A DNA stretch of 64,000 bases from Antedon mediterranea (taxonomy: Eukaryota; Animalia; Echinodermata): positions 19,051,365 through 19,115,364 of the forward strand of contig NC_092678.1 in the NCBI RefSeq assembly GCF_964355755.1. Direction: 5' to 3'. Shown here one piece after another: positions 11,671 through 23,497 of this stretch. Numbering within the stretch: the stretch's first letter is position 1; each line of letters begins with the position of its first letter. The notes below the pieces were generated by a model. That model saw only the letters and a program-made list of their open reading frames with translations. It made no database searches and had not been told where the DNA came from. Made by a program: the position numbers and the translations under genes.

Positions 11671-11999
11671 TCATAGTCATAGTCATATATACTTTATTGT
11701 CCATTTAAAAAACAGAAATGTGATTTGAAAACTGGCAAAATACAAAAATATAAAATACAATTTACAAAAAAAAACACACAAAAAGTTAAGAGGCTAAAAA
11801 TTGTTAAAATTAGATAAAAATTATTGGTTACATTTTACCTTTGTACTCTGGAGTTATATAAGTGTATAGCATTAGGTACAAACGAGCACCTAAACCGTTT
11901 TGTTTTGGTATTAAGTGCACGTAGTCTTATGCCAGAATTCATGAGAGCAAATTGTTTGTGAAGAGGATGTGTTTCATCATCAATGATACTTTTAATAAT

Positions 12000-12003
<4 letters not shown>
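11667..12003 (-). mobile_element. 5'-truncated Rex1/Babar-like LINE 3' end (second family)
   Basis: The minus frame reads SIIDDETHPLHKQF...RLRALNTKTKRFRCSFVPNAIHLYN*, the same C-terminal motif as the full LINE. The tail is GGACAATAAAG followed by (ATGACT)n. Confidence 0.8.

Positions 12004-12054
<51 letters not shown>
12002..12054. repeat. (TA)n microsatellite
   Basis: About 26 TA units. Confidence 0.95.
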
Positions 12055-12058
<4 letters not shown>

Positions 12059-12064
12059 TCTTAG

Positions 12065-13622
12065 TCCTCATAAAGTGGTAGGTTAAATGTTCAACCTTTA
12101 TGACCTTAATAAAATCAATCATATATTCCACGTGTTACCAGAATTTGGAATAACTTACCCAGTGAAATCCGCAACTTAAATATTTCTGTTAGTTCTTTTA
12201 AAACCAAATTACTTAACTAGATTTAATTCGTCACTATGACGAATTATAGGTTATATGCATTGATTTCAATAAAGATAATTGACTTTTAAAAGATATATTG
12301 ATTGATTGATTTTGTCAGAATCTTTAATTATTTATAATATATGATAGGACCTTGCTAACGCGACCACCATAGCCGGTATCACAATCCGATCAAAGATCCC
12401 TATGCGTATAATGTCATAAACCACATTTGTTGTTACATAATAATAAAGACATAAGTTAATTTTTATTTAGATTTCATTATAAATCATGTGTATAATCTAT
12501 ACACTAAGAAATAAATTTGAACAAACAATACGAATAATAAAAAAAAAATCTAATTTAGTTTCCCAAGGTGGGACTCGATCTCGGTACCTTGAATGCCATA
12601 GACACGAGCACAGACCATCGAGCCATACACAACTGACTAAACGTTGTAGAAAAATTCCTCCGTGTATTTACTATGCAGTAACCACTTTGGTGCAAATAGA
12701 TTATTACATACCGCAATGAATTATAATTTTTTACTATGATGACATCTTTAAAAATGTAAAAAAATGATGCACTGTCAAACTATATACTTTTAACTTTAAT
12801 ATATGAACTTCTTAAGAAAGAAAGTTAATGTTAAGTTTGTTATTTCGGCCTAAGAAAATGTCATAATTTGTTTGATTGTCGAAATTATTTTTTTTTAATT
12901 TAATATGCAATTAATGAAGACTTAATCAACTTTTGTTCTCTTAATTTGATAATAAATCATACATATGATACATACACTTCAAGAAAATGAAATAAAAAAT
13001 AGGTGTTCCCCAGCATTCTGACGATATATATTAATTTTAAAAATTAGCATATTTTCACCATTTTGTTAACTTATACGTGCGTAGTCAGTCACTTTTGACG
13101 TGCTCGTATAACGCAATTTCGAGTTGAAACGTGAATCAAATATGATGATATTATTAAAGAAAGATTGTAAAACAGAAATCGGGCAAAAAGAGTGCGCATT
13201 AACGTTTAACGCGCAGTGCGCGTGCAAAAATCGGCGCACTCATGGTAATTTTTTAAACGCTTAAAATTGCCTGAAACGTACTCTAATTTCATCGAAAATA
13301 AATTTTGACAATTTTGAACATTTTAAGCGCGCGTACGCAAGCGTTATATGCGCTACGCACTTAATTGTATTGCCATATGATGAAATATGACCTGAAATTT
13401 ATGAGTACCAAATTTTGTTTAATTGTGATTCATGCTTGTGAAGATATGATTACAAACGTGATTTCATAAAATCGCGCGTAGACCGCGTAATTTTTGATTG
13501 CGCATCGTGAAAATATAACCACATCGATTCCTGGCCATAAGGAATATACTCTGAAAACTTGACTTAGCTAGATGAAACTGATGCCAAGATAATTCACGGA
13601 CAAAATAGTGCTAAGGAAAGAA

Positions 13623-13653
<31 letters not shown>

Positions 13654-13935
13654 AGATTTTGACAGAATCAAGAGGTTATATGCATAATGCATATAACCTA
13701 ATTATCTCAATATTTATTTTTTGAATAATTTTGATATTGAAAATGTGTGTAGTTGGTCGCTTTCTTGTCGATGCTTTTATTGTAGAACGTAATTTATTTA
13801 TTTTTTTCTGTTCTGGGTTGACCAACTAGCATAGGTGTTTAGCACCTGTTTGGTCTTTCCGTGCCTCCTTTTATAATTGTTTTGTCTTCTTTGTTATGTA
13901 TATGGCAGAAATTGAATAAATAAAAAAAAAATAAT
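12065..13935 (+). mobile_element. CR1/Jockey-group LINE 3' fragment split by a Helentron-type insertion
   Basis: YIPRVTRIWNNLPSEIRNLNISVSSFKTKLL (ending ~12214) rejoins in frame at 13702 as NYLNIYFLNNFDIENVCSWSLSCRCFYCRT*. A 3' UTR stem-loop and an AATAAATAAAAA tail follow. Confidence 0.72.
12217..13701 (-). mobile_element. 1.48-kb Helentron-type non-autonomous element (HINE-like)
   Basis: 15-bp subterminal inverted repeat TAGGTTATATGCATT (12247-12261 and 13686-13700), a 13-bp hairpin at 13673-13699, an (AAAT)n tract, the stem-loop AATTCGTCA-CTA-TGACGAATT (12225-12245) and a CTAG end. No TSD; removing the element restores the host LINE frame. Confidence 0.78.
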
Positions 13936-14335
13936 TAAATAAACTTTCATTCTTTCCGACCATATACAGTAGATTCTTTAGTACTCTGCCTAACCATGAA
14001 ATTATTAAAACTCTATTTTTGATACAATAACACAGTAACCTATTAAACTGTAACTAGGTAACTGTGTAACAGCCGCTATAATAATAATAATTTATTTGGA
14101 GTTTACAATTTTACAGTGGCACTTGACAAAGAGGAAAGAAAGAACAACAAAATACCAAAAAAACAGTAAACAACCGTCGACGTAGGTCAATACATAATTG
14201 CTAGGGATCATGTTAAAATATTTTGACTATAGTAACTGTAATACCATTGATTAATGACAGCAGCAACAACGCACTGACACAATCCCTTATGAATTTTTAG
14301 AAAAACTAAAACAATATAAATGAATTTGGCTAAGG

Positions 14336-14684
14336 GTAAGGGCGTGAATAAGGCAAGGGCGTGAATAAGGCAAGGGCGTGTGCCGCAGTGTGTTGGACCT
14401 TCAACTACTGATCGGGAGATCGAGGTTCGAATCCAACTCTCGCCACATTGCTTGTATCCTTAGGCAAGATACTTTACTTACGTTTGCCTCTCTCCACCCA
14501 GGTGTATAAATGGGAACCCAGTTAGATCAAGACACAACTTTGGACTGACTAGCTGCATTATGGGAGTATGTTTTCATACTGTATGTGTTTAGAAAAAATG
14601 AGGTTGGGTAATAATGTTCAGCGCTTAGAGGTTTCACAACGTTAGACGCTATATAAATCCAGGATATTATTATTATTATTATTA
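14336..14684 (+). mobile_element. tRNA-head CORE-like SINE with L2-type tail
   Basis: B box GGTTCGAATCC, CORE-like GTATCCTTAGGCAAGATACTTTAC...CCACCCAGGTGTATAAATGGG, and tail AGCGCTTAGAG...CGCTATATAAAT...(TTA)n. Preceded by a short 17-bp tandem repeat. Confidence 0.8.
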
Positions 14685-14713
14685 ATAGAATAATTGTGAT
14701 TTTTTGTACTTAC

Positions 14714-14770
14714 CTTAAACTGTTTTCTTTGACTTTGAAATATGTTGATGGTTTCAGTACTTATATACTG
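14714..14770 (-). promoter_or_regulatory. Candidate TATA box and short non-coding first exon of the nested NHL gene
   Basis: Minus-strand TATATAA at 14767-14761, followed by a consensus donor AAG|GTAAGT at 14714/14713. It could splice to the ttttaaAG acceptor near 11334 (inference). Confidence 0.45.
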
Positions 14771-16006
14771 CTTTGGTCACTTCTATGTGTCTCCTCTCAC
14801 ACTGTTTAGAATGGTTATTGTATGTTCTTCCTGTTCGTTTTATATCATTACTCTCATCACAAAGGTCAACGTTTTATAGTCAGATATTGTTGTATTACTC
14901 AATGCAAATAGGAGTTAGTCAATCATAATTTATTTATTATCACCCTTTTATATGAGATAGTCGAAATATTTCCATCCACATTTTCAGCTTAATATATTTA
15001 CAGTATATAGGATTTTGTATATATTATTGTGACCAAGGCAATCTAACAAAAGGATGCTGAGCTCCAGAGATCAAAGGGGTTATCTGTGGCTGTGACACAA
15101 TCAGTTCTACGTCCCTTAACAGACACTGTGCACTGCGGAGAATATGTACACAGCACAGTACTTTTGGTGTTTGTCGCAGCCAGACATAAGATAAAAGGAC
15201 TGTTACGAGTTCCTATCTTGGCAAGGCGAGCTCGGTGTCCTGTTGTTTGATTGCTCTGACTATCAATGATCAGTAATAATTCACACAGTATCTGTTTTTG
15301 CAGTTACATTTATTGCAATGAATGCAGAAGAATGATTTTGATCCCTAACATTTTGAAAAATAAGAAAAAGTCTACAATTGATGGATTTAATTTATTTACT
15401 TGATCTTCTTGTGACTTGTGTAGGAAAACTGTGTTTATTGTATACATGAGTTCACATGTTTACTTTTTGATGAAATGTAAAGCTTTTTATATGGCTTTGA
15501 TTAGTTTATTGTTTGGATTTGTATACAAGGTTTATAGATATATACTGCATTACCTAAATATTTACTTACACAGCTTGAGGAGTGTATGATGACTCATCTT
15601 AGAGATAAAATGAAAGTGAATAGTTCTGTTAAAATTGCTGTGGTCCAAATACAATAATAAAAATACCTTTTTTTTAAATAGTTTTGACATGATCCCAAAC
15701 AATGAATTGGTTAACTTAACTTCTTTTTTTTCTGATGATGTTTCTCTCGTACAAAATTAAGTAATTTAAGCGTTAATAACATTCTGGTGCAGTATAAGTG
15801 TGCTATCTATTTGTGGTCCGATGGTGTGAGCAACCCTACCCATGATGACCTTCAGGACCTTACTATGCCCGGTAGCAGAACACCTGTTGAGAGAGAGTCC
15901 CACCTTAAACTTAGGCTAATACATTTATCTGTTTAGATATAATTTTGGTGGAACATGGGAAGGAAAGGCCCTGGTTTAGCACTCCTAACACTGTGGTAGT
16001 GGGGCA

Positions 16007-16112
16007 GCTTAAGCTCTGTGGCCCCTTAAGCTCTGGGGCCCCTTAAGCTCTGGGTCCCCTTAAGCTCTGTGGCACCTTAAGCTCTGGGGCCCCTTAAGCT
16101 CTGGGGCCCCTT
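16007..16112. repeat. 18-bp tandem repeat CTTAAGCTCTGGGGCCCC (~6 copies)
   Basis: Directly visible. Confidence 0.9.
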
Positions 16113-16514
16113 GGGTTTAGCCATTAAGTACTCGCGCTTACGCCACTGATTAAAAAATGAGTAAGTAATGAAGAAAATGAAAACTGTATGTAAGAAGCAC
16201 ATAACTTACTGTTCTATCTCACACAAAGGCAACGCATGTCGATTGAAATCAGTCAATGACGTTGAAGCACTCAATAACAAAGCCTGCTTTCAAGTCGACA
16301 TTGAGTTCCTCAGCGTTGAAGTAAAACATAGTTCAACGATTGCAATCGTAAAACTGTTTTAACGACTTTTAGAATTTATGTTTACCCACTTTTTCTGTAA
16401 AATCGTTGAATCTGCTATCCAACGCATTTTGCTGCAATCAGACTTAAAGTATAACGTTAATAGATATTTCTGTATTGAATACCCATATTATTTGACGATA
16501 TGTTTCTATTGTTT

Positions 16515-16712
16515 AATGTGTTAAAACTAAAGTAAAGAATGTTTTCTAATATAATTAGGAATCTCTTGCCATACACGGGGAAAATTAGTGTACAATGAAT
16601 ATTTAAAAGAATTGGTTCTGGCATATTTGTGTTTAAAAATAACTGATTCGGAATATCTTGGATTAAAATCAACAAAATCATGAATATTAAGATCAATTCG
16701 ACAATACAATAC
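16515..16712 (-). mobile_element. LINE ORF C-terminal fragment flanked by a 37-bp direct repeat
   Basis: The minus frame KYARTNSFKYSLYTNFPRVWQEIPNYIR resembles the RTN..K.S...R.WN.LP C-terminus of CR1-group LINEs. AATACCCATATTATTTGACGATATGTTTCTATTGTTT occurs at 16478-16514 and 16713-16749. Confidence 0.65.
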
Positions 16713-16755
16713 AATACCCATATTATTTGACGATATGTTTCTATTGTTTTTTCAG

Positions 16756-16829
16756 GGTAGAAGCAATATGTTCCAGTCTATTCTATTGTTCCTTCACCGC
16801 ATTAAAACAAAGGAACACGGTATGCTAGG
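16756..16829 (+). CDS. TMEM209: TMEM209 penultimate coding exon (after an 11.3-kb intron)
   Basis: Encodes GRSNMFQSILLFLHRIKTKEHGML(G), matching recalled [25 protein letters not shown]. ttttcAG and GTAAGT sites. Confidence 0.94.
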
Positions 16830-16899
16830 GTAAGTTGCTCAATCATCCTCATCGTCCATGTTTCTTGGTTCACATCCTCTATGAACGTTTTTTAAACAC

Positions 16900-17158
16900 A
16901 AAAATCTACCCTTAAAGAATAGGGTACAATTGCCATCATTTTGATACCCCATACGTATGGTTACGTGCAGAAACAGAAATTTTTATAACGAACAAACATC
17001 GAAAGTGGGGGCTTTGACCACATTTTGGTCCCTAACTTGGATCCTAGGTGGCGGATGATGTTGAAATATAGCTTAGAACATTCCCGGTACAATTGCGGAC
17101 AAACAAACAAACAGACAAACAAACAGACAGACAAACTCTCTCACTTATAATATATAGA
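16900..17158 (-). mobile_element. Possible non-autonomous Helitron 5' portion
   Basis: The minus strand begins A|TCTATATATTATAAG followed by (GTTT/GTCT)n and GTCCG, typical of metazoan non-autonomous Helitron starts. No 3' end was identified. Confidence 0.45.
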
Positions 17159-17616
17159 TACTGTAATATGTGAACCTTTTTTTTATTATTTGTTTATTTA
17201 ATACCATTTGTAATGAAAGTGGCATATCCAGTCCCAGGAGGGAACTGATCATTAAGGGCCCTCGATAAAACATACAAATACAAACATATAAATTATTCAG
17301 AACAAAGTTAAGATATAAAATCTGTACTTTTAAAGTTAAAATCGTTAAAAATGCTGATGGATAAAAAATAAACTTAAATAAACTTTTCCCTAATAATTTT
17401 AATATTTATAAAATGTAGCATCAATATTTAACATATAATACAGTGAGAAATCAAGCAACATAAAGACTAAATATGATAGCCCACCACTATGTTTGAGATA
17501 CAGTTTGAAGTGGATTGGAGTGGGGAAGCGTAGATTTAGACAAATTCTACACACAATCGTAGGCTTTTGCTTTTTTAATTTTTTTCGATTTTAACATTCA
17601 AATTCTTTCTTTTTAG

Positions 17617-17671
17617 GCGTGTAAATCTAGGTGCTTCCGGAGTGAACATTCTATGGGTTGTTGGCGAATAA
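17617..17671 (+). CDS. TMEM209: TMEM209 last coding exon
   Basis: Encodes RVNLGASGVNILWVVGE-stop, matching the recalled C-terminus RVNLGLSGVNILWIFGE. AATAAA hexamers follow near 17898, 17955 and 18091. Confidence 0.94.
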
Positions 17672-18199
17672 TGTTGCAGCAACGAAACGAAAGTAATAAC
17701 ATTATGTAAACTTGAGTCATGCCCTGCATTATAAATCGCAGATTTAGAAAGACGATGGTTGAGACGTTACAAAGAGCCCTACATTCGGTGGATGATAAAG
17801 CATTAGTCTGCAGGTATCGATGATTCAGAGTCAACTGGGCTTTTATCAATGAAAGAAAACCCCTGTGAGACTAAAGGTTTTGGCCCAGGGCAGGCAGAAA
17901 TAAAATGCAATATGCACCGAATTACAATATTACCTTTTAGGAAATGTTTCTTATAATAAAATATCCTTTGTTTTCTATCCACGGTTGGATAACTTTTAAA
18001 AAAGCGTTGAGTAAAATTGTTTTGTTAAACAGTTATTGGCGTTGTACATTAATTTTATGAATATTCTTTTTTGTATTTAAACGAAAACCTAATAAATTTT
18101 AAAAACTTTTGTGTTAAAGTATGACTTATTTTTGAACATTTATTAGAAAAAACAGTTTAGACACAACATTATATTGGTTTAAAATGCAGCTTATTAGAT

Positions 18200-18890
18200 G
18201 CTATATACTGTGTTACATGTTGTATGTTACATGCTACATGATTTATGTTACATTTTACATACAGTACTATGGTTTACTTGCTGTATACTGCATTTTACAT
18301 GCTACACATACTGCATGGTACATGCTACACATACTGCATGTTACATGCTAAACATACTGCATGTTACATGCTACATACTGTGGGTTACATGCTACACATA
18401 CTGCATGGTACATGCTACACAGGCTGCATGTTACATGCTACACATACTGCACGTTAAATGCTACACATACTGCATGTTACATGCTACACATACTGCATGT
18501 TACATGCTACACATACTGCACGTTACATGCTACACATACTGCATGTTACATGCTACACGCTACACATACTGCACGTTACATGCTACACATACTGCATGTT
18601 ACATGCTACACATACTGCACATTACATGCTACACATACTGCACGTTACATGTTACATTACGTTACTGCATGTTACACTTTTTGCTGTATACTGTGGTTAC
18701 ATGCTACATAGTGTATGTTAAATGCTACATACTGCATGTTACATGCTACATATTGCAGGTAAAATGCGAAATAATGTACTGTAGATTATATGCTACATAC
18801 TATGGTTATATGCTAAATACTATACTATGTTACATGCTACAAAATATATATGTTACATGCTACATACTGTATGTTGCATGCTACATATAA
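18200..18890. repeat. 23-bp minisatellite GCTACACATACTGCATGTTACAT
   Basis: Tandem array with degenerate edges just downstream of TMEM209. It explains ORFs 18198-18890. Confidence 0.93.
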
Positions 18891-20017
18891 AGTTACGAAA
18901 AGAAGGAAAGTATGTAAAAAGAATGGGATTTAAACCTCCAAAGAGTAAGACAACTGAAGATATATGTATTTACAGTGCACTAGTTGCATGATATGGGGCT
19001 ACGTGCTATAAATGAATCATCACTATCAGCATCGGATGTTTGGTTAGTTTTCCTACTATCACTGGCCGTCCTTAAAATAGGGGTAGTTACAAAGGTCTAT
19101 TGAAGATGTAAACACACATTCGGATCTTCCGGGTGCATTTTATACAAACAGTTGTTTTATCATTTGGCAAACAAATTAGGTAATACTACTTCTATATTTG
19201 GTAATACAGTTTTAGAAGGCCCAATACTTCCATCCATATTTGGTAATACTGCTTCTATATTTGATAAAGGCCTACTGTTCTCTTCAGTCGGTAGTGCTTC
19301 CTTATTTGGTAATTCGTCTTCTCTATTCTCTAAAGGTTATTTTTTTAATTAGTAAAAATAATTCTCTAGTAGAATAGATTTCTTAGGGCAGATGGTCTGT
19401 CTTAGCCAGTAGGGCTTACCTATGGTCGCGGGACGCTTTCTGTGGCAGTTCCAGCATTGTTGAATCCTTCATATAAATTTCAATGGCCGTGTGAAGTGAC
19501 TCAGCTGAAGATTTTCTTTTTCCAACAAGCTTTTTTATTTATCTAAAAAAATGCCGGATTTCCTATTTTACTACACGCATTGAGAGCTTGCTTATAATTA
19601 AAATGCGCTATTATAAAAAAAAAAAACTCTTTATTTACAATTCTGAGTAAAAAATGATCAGGTATAATTTTGTATTGATACAGTACCTAATAAAGTATTA
19701 CGTGTCGATTGTATAATTAATAATCAATAATTATAATTGTTATTGTTAATTTCATCTTTATTTTCCTTTTTTCAAATTATTAATCTAAAAATCTGGTTGA
19801 AAATGCATACTATGGGGCGCCGAAAGCAGCAAAGGTGTATGTGCGTTAAATGTGAAAATGGGTAGCCTATTATGCCTATTAGTAAAAATGTTATATAGGC
19901 TAGAATGCGATTGTGTTTTTTAAAGTATGTACATGCGTACATTTAAATATTTTATTTAGATATGCCTATGGGTTTGGTGTCCATCCCCATTGCGTCTATT
20001 GCTCAAGTTACGTGATA

Positions 20018-20574
20018 TACAGTGTAGCCTAGAACTACTATTAAATGGACACCTTTCGACACAAGTGTCCTTTAGTATGGGTGTCCCCTGAATGAATGTT
20101 CCAATCTAACAATGCACACATCAAATATTGAGTTGTCACTTTTAGTTATAATGCAAAGATGTCTACTACGGTATAGCTTTAAATAATTAGTTTATAGGCT
20201 CTTCTGGAAATCTAAATATGCAAATGAATATTAAAATTGTTCTATGCCAAACTACAATATATCATTCATCATCATTTTGCAATATGTATTTTTGTGTTTT
20301 ATTGCAAGAAAATGTACAATTTAAAAAAGAGCTAACATTCGACTGTATCAAAGGAAAGCTTACTGCAGAGAAAATAAAAGCAATGAGAGAGGTGAGGTAA
20401 AGTTCAATATTGACACTGATGACACATCATAGAGAGATTATGATTTATACTCTGTTTGAATGTCAAATGTTTTGTCATATCGAAACACCGAAACACCCTT
20501 TAAAACACCATATTAGGAGACACTTGCTTGGTTCCGAAGTGTGCGTTTAGTGGTTTTATCTATTCTATACTGTA
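20018..20574. mobile_element. Degenerate Tc1/mariner-pogo-like non-autonomous element
   Basis: TA-CAGT...ACTG-TA ends with GGACACC/GTGTCC subterminal motifs. Arms are strongly diverged. Confidence 0.4.
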
Positions 20575-20790
20575 GGCCACAAATTTGCGCTGATTGCTAG
20601 CTGCATTTGAGTGTGTTTCCATACGCGTTCGATAAATAAAAAATGAACGGAATATAATAATAATATGGCGAAGCGCTTAGAAACAAAGAAACTCGCAATT
20701 CTGAATGTGAATCTAGCTAGTGTGCAATAAGCGTCATTAGGCCTAAGAACGTGATTATTATTAAATAAATTCATCTGGTTCTGAATATAA

Positions 20791-20961
20791 TTAACTGTGA
20801 AAATATTACTTTAATGTTGAACCAAAAGATATACACAAATGGTATAAATATCTTTAGTGACGTTTCGTTGAGAAGTGTCAACGAAACGTCACTAAAGGTA
20901 TTTACACCAATATTGTGTATGTCTTTTTTGGATCAACATTAAAGTAATTTTTCCCAGTTAA
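20791..20961. repeat. Foldback (palindromic) element
   Basis: Arms of ~80 bp. Perfect 20-bp core CTTTAGTGACGTTTCGTTGA / TCAACGAAACGTCACTAAAG around a 6-nt loop. Confidence 0.85.
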
Positions 20962-23120
20962 CGTATATTATTGTTTATAAGTATTACATAACTGAGCATC
21001 AGCTTTTTATCATTCGGTCTACAAGAAGGCTTCGGACAGAAAATAATAAAGAATGAATGCATAGGTCTACATCAACTAGCAAATAACAGTGACGAACAGA
21101 TTTCCACCACCCAGATTAGTTTTTAAAACCAAGAGACTAAAAACCCAATTATTTTTTTTTTAATTACATTTGTTTTCTGTAATTCTGGCGAATGGGTTGT
21201 GTTGTCTAAGCTTACCGTTGATAAATCAACCAATTAAATTTGTTTTATGTTGTAGGCCTAGGTCTATAGGCCTACTAGGCCTATTCTAAAAAGAGGTTGA
21301 TGTTGTATTTTGTTGATTCTTGCCAATGATACATCGTAAGCCTACGACATACTGTAGCTGTGATTTGATCTTCAGAAATTACTGAAACGCAAGTTTACCG
21401 TCTTAGATTTGCAAAATCAACAGTTTTTGTAATTAAAAATAGTCGCCAAAAAGAATTCTAAGTAAATCTTTAGAAAACACCTTTTCTATTGTTTTATTCA
21501 AATTGACACTCATGAATACCAGGTTCTGCATCATTGATTTGAAATAGCCGCGTAAACCACTGATTGAGTTAACGTCGGAAATCTGTACATATTATTCCAG
21601 TTATATGTATGATTTGTTGGTATTTTCTTTGTTTTGATTTAGCTGTAGAATGAGATAATATGAATGTCGATGTATTGTGGAATAACTTATAACATATTAA
21701 ACTGAAGAATATATAAAATAAACAAACAGTAGGCAGAAGGACAGTGTTCCGTAGGCCTAACTGTCGGCCATCCATCGGAATTTCTAAACGTAATATTACG
21801 TCTTGTGGTAACTCGGAATACCTCATGTTATTGTGGAATTTCTGAACGTCTTGTGGAATGAATGCCTTCTCTAAAGGGAAAATGGAAAAGAGTTTTGTAG
21901 GCCCTATTAGGCCTAAGTAGATCAACTATTATTGATATACGGTCTCGGAAGCCTCCTGTGCAAGGTAGGATTGTTTGTTTGTTTATGCCGCCTCTGTAAC
22001 GGACGTAACCGGTAAAAACAACATGCTCGTCATTTGAAATAATGTGTTCAATGTAGGCCTAGATGATTCTACTAGTCCATAGTTCACACTACCGTCCATA
22101 TCGCTATCTATGATTGATAGTATTATTAATTTCAGTATTGTTTTCCGTATAAATACAGAATCTGCTCAAAATGATCGTCATTAGGCATATCTTATATTTG
22201 TGTTGCTGTTCAATCGTTCGTTTTCCCACTTTCTCCGTATAGTAAGCTGATAGTATTATTAATTTCGGAATTGTTTTTCGTTTCAATCTTTTATTTCGGA
22301 ATCTCTGGTCAATAGAAAAGTTCGAACAAATAGCCTACAAGTGACCGAATACAGTATTTGTTGCTCTCATCTCAGAATACTATAATTATTATTCCCTCTG
22401 GAGAGATTTACATTGTCTAAAAAAACCTGTTAGTGGCGGTAATTTATAGCGCTATTGGTTTCGATTGAATAAAAATAAAAATAAAAATTTATATTGATCA
22501 TACATTCCAATAATTATTGATCTATAGTTTGCCCTATGTTTCATAATTTTTGGGATTTTATTTGTGTCACACGAGCTTGTTGAAAATAAGCACTTATCAG
22601 TTCAAATTACACAGTAAAATCTCTATTCTTTTGTACACAAATTTTGTATATAGAAAGGCATTTTAAAAAGCTATGAAAAATAAACGGTGTGGTAAACAGT
22701 GTTATCAGATGACTAAATTTATTCAGCTTCAGATTTTTATTTTCATGCTATAGCAAAAATTATCCACCGTATATCCACCATCTTTTTTCACCTTCTAGGG
22801 AGTCACCAGACATATTAGGTTAAACTACTTAACTACTGAAAACAAGTTTTCCTGGTGTTTATGGCAGAATTTTGCCAAATTTTGTAGGCCTATTTGACCA
22901 TATTAAGGGAAATTCATGTTTTTTCGTCTTGATTTCTTTTACAAATATTTGATTTATGTACAATTAACCAGATATTATATTTAAAATTCATGCCTGTATC
23001 TGAACTTTATTACATCTGGGTGTGGCATTTTTACGTCGAAAAAAAACTTAATTTCACCTTTCACTTTGATCTTTATTATTTAATGGAATTATTTCTGAAA
23101 TAGTCGGCCTAATTCTATTG

Positions 23121-23497
23121 TTCTGTCTACACTATCAAACTAGTTTGACAAAAAAAGTGTGATGTGTCCAAATATGGTAGTGATATGACATCATCATGAT
23201 GTGCATATAGGCACATAACATTTTTTGTCACATAAATTTCAGCCGATTCTCGGTACAATAGCTATGCCTACTACTTACAGTAGGTCTATTCCCGATTTGT
23301 CATAGGAATATTTGGTAAATACTGCATCCCATGTGTTTCACGTGTATTTAGTTCTAACCTAACCATAAACCTTACCTACTACAGGCACCACATGTGATAT
23401 AAATGAGATGTTGTGTTGCAAAATATTCCTATGATACTTCGGAAATAGATAGTATGTGGAGATACAGCACTGGGAATCGACAGTGTAGACAGAGCTG
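23121..23497. mobile_element. MITE family copy 2 with a second palindromic element nested inside (~23237-23480)
   Basis: Termini TCTGTCTACACTATCAAA...AGTGTAGACAGAGCT. The inner element has its own inverted arms (TCATAGGAATATTT / AAATATTCCTATGA) and a CTAACCTAACC core. Confidence 0.65.

Noticed and set aside
18198-18890. 230-aa Cys/His/Tyr-rich ORF
   Set aside because: Translation of a 23-bp tandem repeat, with overlapping ORFs in several frames.
21300-22030. Unannotated gene or first exon in the CpG-richer intergenic stretch (donor-like CAAG|GTAGG near 21964)
   Set aside because: No convincing ORF or partner exon was found, so it cannot be supported from sequence alone.
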